A DNA stretch of 64,000 nt. It comes from Eledone cirrhosa (lineage: Eukaryota). Where the stretch lies: assembly GCA_964016885.1 (NCBI GenBank), contig OZ024750.1, positions 28,024,001 through 28,088,000 of the forward strand, in the 5' to 3' direction. Below, one piece after another: positions 57,261-64,000 of the stretch. Both the position numbers and the translations under genes were made by a program. Position 1 is the stretch's first letter. The number at the start of each line of letters is the position of its first letter. The notes beneath the pieces are model-generated. The model made no database searches and was not told the origin of the DNA. It worked only from the letters and a program-made list of their open reading frames with translations.

Positions 57261-57554
57261 TTTTCTGAAAGTAATAATAAATGTGTCTTCTAAAGTCGCG
57301 GATATTCAGTTGTGTTTACTTAATTGTAAAACTTCAAAGCTTCTAAACTTCTGAACGTATGTGCGTTGTATATATTTACATATGCATGAATATTATTTTG
57401 AGATTTGCGGTATGTAGATGTGTATGTTGTAGAATTCTCCCCCTCTCCCTACACACAAACACGTTTATGCATATATATATAGATATATATATAGATATAT
57501 ATATATATAACGAAGGAAATGTGGTAAGGAACCAGATAGACCATATATATATTT

Positions 57555-57603
<49 letters not shown>

Positions 57604-57747
57604 CATATATATACATATATATATATACATATATGTATGTATATATATATGTATATATATATATATATATATATAAATATACATATACATATACATATAT
57701 ATATATGTATATGTATATATATATGTATATACAGAATACACCAACCC

Positions 57748-57796
<49 letters not shown>

Positions 57797-57810
57797 CATA
57801 TATATATATT

Positions 57811-57874
<64 letters not shown>

Positions 57875-57897
57875 TATATATACATATATATATACAA

Positions 57898-57981
<84 letters not shown>

Positions 57982-58031
57982 GGGTTGGTGTATTCTGTTC
58001 CCATTGCATCAATGCTTTTGAGCCTCATTAA

Positions 58032-58097
<66 letters not shown>

Positions 58098-58619
58098 ATA
58101 TATATATGGGTGGAGAGGGGAAATGTGTATTTGTGTATGTGTGTTTTGGGTGTGTGTGTGTGTGTTTGTGCATGAGAATTTGTATGTGTGCTTGTGCATG
58201 AGAATTTGTATGTGTGTTTGTGCATGAGAATTTGTATGTGTGCAGCTGCATTTTCGTGTAAAATACTTTTGTTTGTGTTTGAGATTTTCTGTAATAGCTG
58301 TATATATGTAATTCACTGCACAAGTCGCCATTGCAACTGTTGACTTTAGAGCTAAGAGTGACATCTGCAGGTGCAGCAGTTTTTCATGCTGTTAATGTAC
58401 ATACACAACACCAATGACTAATTACACTTATTGGACCAGTGAAGTACTCAGGGGGAGGGGGAGTGTTTGGGCTAGGGGGTTGTGTGTGTTAAAGTAGTCA
58501 GGGAAGAATATACAATGATATAATTGCACTAAATACTTTGTCAGCATTATTTGAAATTGAAGCAAATTTTAAATATTGCTGGGTCAACATCTTTCTTTCT
58601 TTCCTTTTTTTTTTTCCAT

Positions 58620-58659
<40 letters not shown>

Positions 58660-59446
58660 GGGCGGAGGTTTAACAATATCAGTGGAGCGTCAGACACCAT
58701 GCTTTGCAGCATAGAGTTATGGCCCTTTGCGGTCTGAACTCAAATCCCGCCGAGCTTTTAATGAAGATCATTAATGGTTTCTTATATAGGCACAAGGCCA
58801 GCAATTTTTTTTTTTTTTGGGGGGGGGGAGTCGATTAAAATCGACTCCAATGCATTACTGGTATTTTAATTTATCGACCGTGTAAGGATGAAAGGCAAAG
58901 TTAACCTGGGCGGGATTTGAACTCAGATCATAAAGGGCCGTAACTCTATGCTGCCAATGCACCGCCCTTTTAATGAAGGTCATTAATGAGAATCAGAAAT
59001 TTGTAAATCACTTTCATAATTCTTTCTAACATTGGCACAAGTCCTGCAATGTGGATGAAGGATAAAATCGATTATATCGACCACATTACTTAACTCGAAA
59101 AAAAGACTAAATGGATGTTACACAAGACTCCTGAGACACACTGGCAACATATTTTGGCGACAGAGAGTCACAAATGGCGAACTCTATCTGACTAGTCCTT
59201 CTGTGTCGGGTATTGTCTGTCTAAGAAGGATACGTTTTGCGAGATCGGGAGAGGGTCGGACACCATGCTTTGACGCATAGAGTTACGGCCCTTGCCATTC
59301 TGAGTTCAAATCCCGCCAAGCTTAACTTTGCCTTTCATCCTTACTGGGTCGATAAAATAAAGTACCAGTAATACACTGTGTAATTGCTGGCCTTGTGCCA
59401 AAAGTAGAAACGATTATTACATTGATTTTGGAAGAACAGATACTGG

Positions 59447-61889
59447 CTATTTTGTTTTAGTCAAATTCATTCTCAGCCCCACACTCATCGACACAGTCTC
59501 AACCTCCTGCATCAAATCCTCTGCTTCCTTCACTGTATTTGTCACCAAAACTATGTCGTCGGCAAATTCAGCATTTAATAGCTTTTTCGCCTTAACTCTC
59601 CTGCTCTGAGCCGGTGCTACAGTAAAGCCAGAGTCCTGGTGTTTCTCCAGTGCAAGGCGCATACAATAGTCCACTACGATGATAAAAAGGTAGGGAGCCA
59701 ATGTATCTCATCAGGTGTAATGACTTGGGTTTTGGTGTTGGTGTAGAGCAGTGATATCAGGTCCACTATCTTCTTGGGGATTCCATAAGCCTGTAAGATC
59801 TTCATCAGGCAGTGACGGTCCACAGAATCAAAGGCCTCCCTAAAGTCAATGAAAACCATGACCGCAGGAAGGCACTTTGCTCTAGCTCCCTCTAATATCC
59901 TACTCAGCATCAGGATGTGACAGGTGGTTGATCTTCTCTCCCTGAAGCCGTTCTGGTTGTCCCTGAGCTTCTTCTCCATCTCAGGCTGGATCCTGTTAAG
60001 AATCATCCTGTTGAAGGTTTTTGCCACAAGTGACGTCAGTGAGATCCCCCTGTAGTTGTTGGTGTTAGAGAGATCTCCCTTCTTTGGCACTGGGACGATG
60101 TTACTGATCCTCCACTGATTCGGGGCAACTTCTTTCTCCAGTGCCTGTTTACAGAACCCCAGGATGATATCATCAAAATCACACTTCTTCATCACCTCTG
60201 ATGCCACTCCATCTTCTCCATGAGCCTTGCCCTCCTTGATTTTCTTCTTGGTTCTCTAAAGCTCCTCTCTGGTGAAGGGCTCTGTCTCAATATCCAGTTC
60301 TTCAAACAGCCGTCTAATCTCCCCAGTGCTCTGGGCTGTGGATGGTGGCTCTCCTAGTAGGGTCCTAAAATGGTCTAGCCATTTCCTCTTCCTCGGGCCC
60401 TGTTCCCTGGATCTGACTCGAACACCTTCTCTTCTTCCCTGTGATCTCGTTGATGATCATCCAGCTCTCTTTACATCCAGATCTGTCAACCGCTCTTTCC
60501 ACACTTCTGATCTTCTCTATCAGTGCCTCCTCTCTGGCCTCAGTGTAAGCGGTACAGAGTTCTTCCCTCATCACCTCCACAGTCTCCATCATCTCCTCCG
60601 TAGGATCAGCATAGAATTGGTCCTTGGCAGCTTTCAGGTGTTCTCTGGCTGCACACACTTTTGGGTTTGCAGAGCTGACGTGCTTCCTTTTGTTCTTTTT
60701 CCTCGGCACCAGGGTCTCACTTACTTCCGCCACTGCATTGGTGAAGTGCCCGTACCTCCTCGTCACACTCTCCTCAGTCCATCCAATCTCTCTCTCCTCT
60801 GTCTCTCCACACAGAGCACTGAACCTGTTCCTCACTTCCACTGTGACCGCTCCTGTAGCTTATCATCTTCCTTGAAAGTTTCCCAGTCATAGATTGCTCT
60901 CCGGGGCTGAGCCTTGCGCTTTCTTAAGCTCACCCGGACCTCACTCATAACAAGCCGGTGGTCACTACCCAGTGTACTGAAATAGTTGTATGGTACTGTG
61001 TTCAGAACACTATTCCGCCACTTTTTCCTCACCAGAATGAAATCACTCTGGGACTTGGACAGGTGCATATCTGAGATCTTCCCCGGATTCTTCCTAAACC
61101 TTAAGTTGGTCGCTATCAAGTTCGCCTCCAGCAGGGTGACTCTCAGTAGTCTTCCATTTCGGTTGGTGTTGTTATGAAAGTACCAGCAAGGATCTTCACT
61201 GCCCTCCTTACTCAGATGTGCATTGAAGTCACCCAAAACAAGCATGATATCTGGTAGAGAATGTTGAGAAGCCAGAGGGATCACTAATGTAGGCGGGAAG
61301 CCGCTAGAATTGGTTGAGGACTTCCTGTATTTGGGAGCAAAGATTGGGAATACGGAAGATGATGTGGTTGAGAGGAATAGCAAAGCCTGGGCGGCATGCC
61401 ACAGCTTGAGATCGGTGTGGAAGTCGGACCTTCGTAAAGACCTGAACATCCGCCTCTTCATTGCTGTAGTGGAGTCTGTGCTGCTGTACGGGTCTGAGAC
61501 TTGGACACTGACCAAGAAACTCACTCAGATGGTGGATGGGTGCTACACGAGAATGCTGAAGATGGCTCTGAACATTAATCAGTATACACTGAGGATGAAA
61601 AACTCAGAGCTGTATGGGAGCCTCCCAAAAGTCAGCTCAAAAGTGACACAGAGAAGACTGAGTTTAGCTGGACATGCTCACCGACATCCAGAGTTGACAT
61701 TGCACTCAGTGCTCCTGTGGGACCCCCTACATGGACACACTGGAAGAGGAAGACCAAGGTTAACGTATGTTGATGCCCTAAGGACAGACACTGGTCTGTT
61801 GGAGACGCAGGACATGGCAGCGATAATGAGGGACAGAGACCGCTGGAGAGAACTCGTACATGGATCTCGGGAATTTTACCCGCCCTAGA
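59447..61889 (+). mobile_element. RTE-like LINE (APE + RT) with ~1.8-kb 5' inversion and candidate 9-bp TSD agatactgg
   Basis: Minus 61250-59447: VLGDFNAH, SDHRLV, NYRGISL, QNGFR, FIDFREAFDS, LAPYLF, FADD, MNLTKTK. Plus 61248-61888: YLVEN..EDFLYLG..LLYGSETW..LAGHAHRH..DRDRWR. agatactgg at 59438-59446 and 61890-61898. Confidence 0.92.
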
Positions 61890-61899
61890 AGATACTGGG

Positions 61900-62090
61900 T
61901 TGTTTCGGCTTTTTCCGGTTTGTTCCGGCTTGTTCCGGCTTATTCCGGCTTGTTCTGGATTGTTCCGGTTTATTCCTGTTTTTTCTGGTATATAAGAAAT
62001 GAGTACCATCATATTACATTGATTTTGGAAAAACAGATACTGGATTCTTCCGGATTGTTCCGGCTTGTTCCGGATTGTTTCGGTTTCTCT
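61900..62090. repeat. 10-bp (ttgttccggc)-like tandem repeats within a ~150-bp duplicated unit
   Basis: attacattgattttggaa.aacagatactgg occurs at 59416 and 62013, showing that the LINE split one unit. Confidence 0.75.
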
Positions 62091-63359
62091 GGTCAATACG
62101 AAGTAACTACCAACTTTGTTTCTATCAAAAGATTAAATATTTATTCAATATTTATAGAATAGAACAACTTCTTTGACATTTTGTTTAATTAGAATTTACA
62201 TATGTATGTGTGTCTCATATCCAGTAATATCACTTGTCTTTCGTGCGACTGAGGGATGTTTCGAGAGAGGGGGAAGGGTGTTTACCAATTATTTAAAATT
62301 CGTATGAGACAACAGAACAAGGCGGCAGTGAATCCTAATTATACTTAATTTAAACAAGCAAAATACACGCTAACTATTTACAACATGTGTCTAATTAACA
62401 GCTGGTTTCGTAAACCATAGCCTCTTTAAATAACCATCATGTTTTCATGTTGTATGTGTTGATCTGAAGTCTTATGCCCTCCACCACCACCACCACCACT
62501 GAAGAAAAAGAAAGCCAATTAGAAATTACACCTGGCTTCATTAACGTGTGTTGACAATATTATTTAACGTGTTTCACATTTGTTTCTAGAGTAACAAACT
62601 AACAGAACTGGTAACTAATTTGTTTATTTCAATCGTGAAACTACTAAACGACAGTTTTAACTTGAAGCCATCTAAGCCAGTGACTTAAATCTGACAATGC
62701 TGACACACATGTATAAACGATACTGGGAAAAGAGCTAAAGTTTGAATACTTAATCCTTACCTCATGAACTATCTAATCAATCGTTCTCCATTACTAGCAG
62801 GTCATCCCATCCCATTTTATCAATACTATTTAAAACGATGGCAGAATCGGAAGACCGTCGGACAACATGCTTCGTAACATAGGGTTACGGTCCTTTACGT
62901 TCTGAGTTCAAATCCTGACAAGGTTAGCTTTGCCTTTCATCCTTACAGGGTTGATAAAATAAAGTACCAGTAACACACTGGAGTTGATTTAGTCGACTTT
63001 CCCCTCTCCTAAAATTGCTGGCCCTGTGCCTAAATCTGAAACCATTATTTAAAAAGGAAAGCTGCCGAAGTATGTATTAAGTAATTTGCAACAATGTGAG
63101 ATGTACAAGTTCTCTAGACGAGATATGAGATCACGTTTCAATTAATGCTTTACCTAGAAATATGAGTGTATGTCAGTGAAGTAATAATTAATTAAGTCGT
63201 ATGGATAATAACTTAGAAAATCGACTAAAATACACCTATGGGCGGATAAAGTGGCCAGCTAGTGGTATCGTCCTTAAAGCACTGAAAGAATGAGGGCCTC
63301 CAGTGGTCGCCTGATTAGTCCTGTGTTTCGTCCTTTTTTCAGTATTTTTCGCCTACCTT

Positions 63360-63424
<65 letters not shown>

Positions 63425-64000
63425 TATATGTGTTCGGAAGCTTTCCTTTTTATATATATATATATGTGTGTGTGTGTGTTTTATATAAGTTCTTTGTATA
63501 TCTCCTTTAAATATTTTTACGGGTAGCATATGTTGAAATTTTTCATGTTAATTTGAGGTGGACTGGACTCGATCTTTGCTCTTTGAACTCTGCTTCTGAT
63601 GATCGAACTTTGTGGACAGGGATACCACATATTAATGCGCAGTCTGCAACTGGCGGTGTTTAGCGTCACAAGAAGATATATTGAAATACCTTCTTAAAAC
63701 TCAAAGCCTTATATCGTCCAGCTAAATTTCCAATAGCTCACCATTTGCTATTCAGCTGTTTATCACCCATCCAACATTTAAAATTGTTCAAAGGTGCGCG
63801 ATATCGTTCAGGTTAGGAAACATTGTTATGGAGCTAGAAATCTACGAAAGACTAGAAAATGAGGACAGTGAAGGACAGAGAGACAAAGATAGAAGAATGA
63901 AAGCCAAAATAAGAAGAAAAACAGGTGACAAAAAAACAAAACAACGACAATTATATATATTCAAAATAATTGTTTCTACTTTAGGCACAAGGCCAGTAAT

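Noticed and set aside
60272-60892. 206-aa plus-strand ORF
   Set aside because: Antisense shadow of the LINE ORF2

Overview
Eukaryotic, AT-rich, repeat-dominated DNA. The SINE, LINE and microsatellite landscape strongly resembles an octopus or other cephalopod genome; this is inferred from repeat families, not from a search. No host protein-coding exon could be identified with confidence, and nearly all long ORFs in the track are microsatellite artefacts (YI/VC/HT/ER/GGS repeats). Recognisable content: many tRNA-derived SINEs; two RTE-like LINE copies, each with a seamless 5' inversion; a CR1-like fragment; R4/Dong-like RLE fragments in (ACAT)n; a DD37D (maT) Tc1/mariner pseudogene; MITEs; non-autonomous Helitrons; several minisatellites; and a 200-N gap. 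The most striking signal is a dense set of short, non-coding, Penelope-like or retrozyme-like elements inserted in TA/TC microsatellites. They include about 9 well-formed type I hammerhead ribozymes, one with a compensatory U3-A8 core. There are also more than a dozen fold-back palindromes, and in some copies the element boundary falls exactly on the predicted ribozyme cleavage site.
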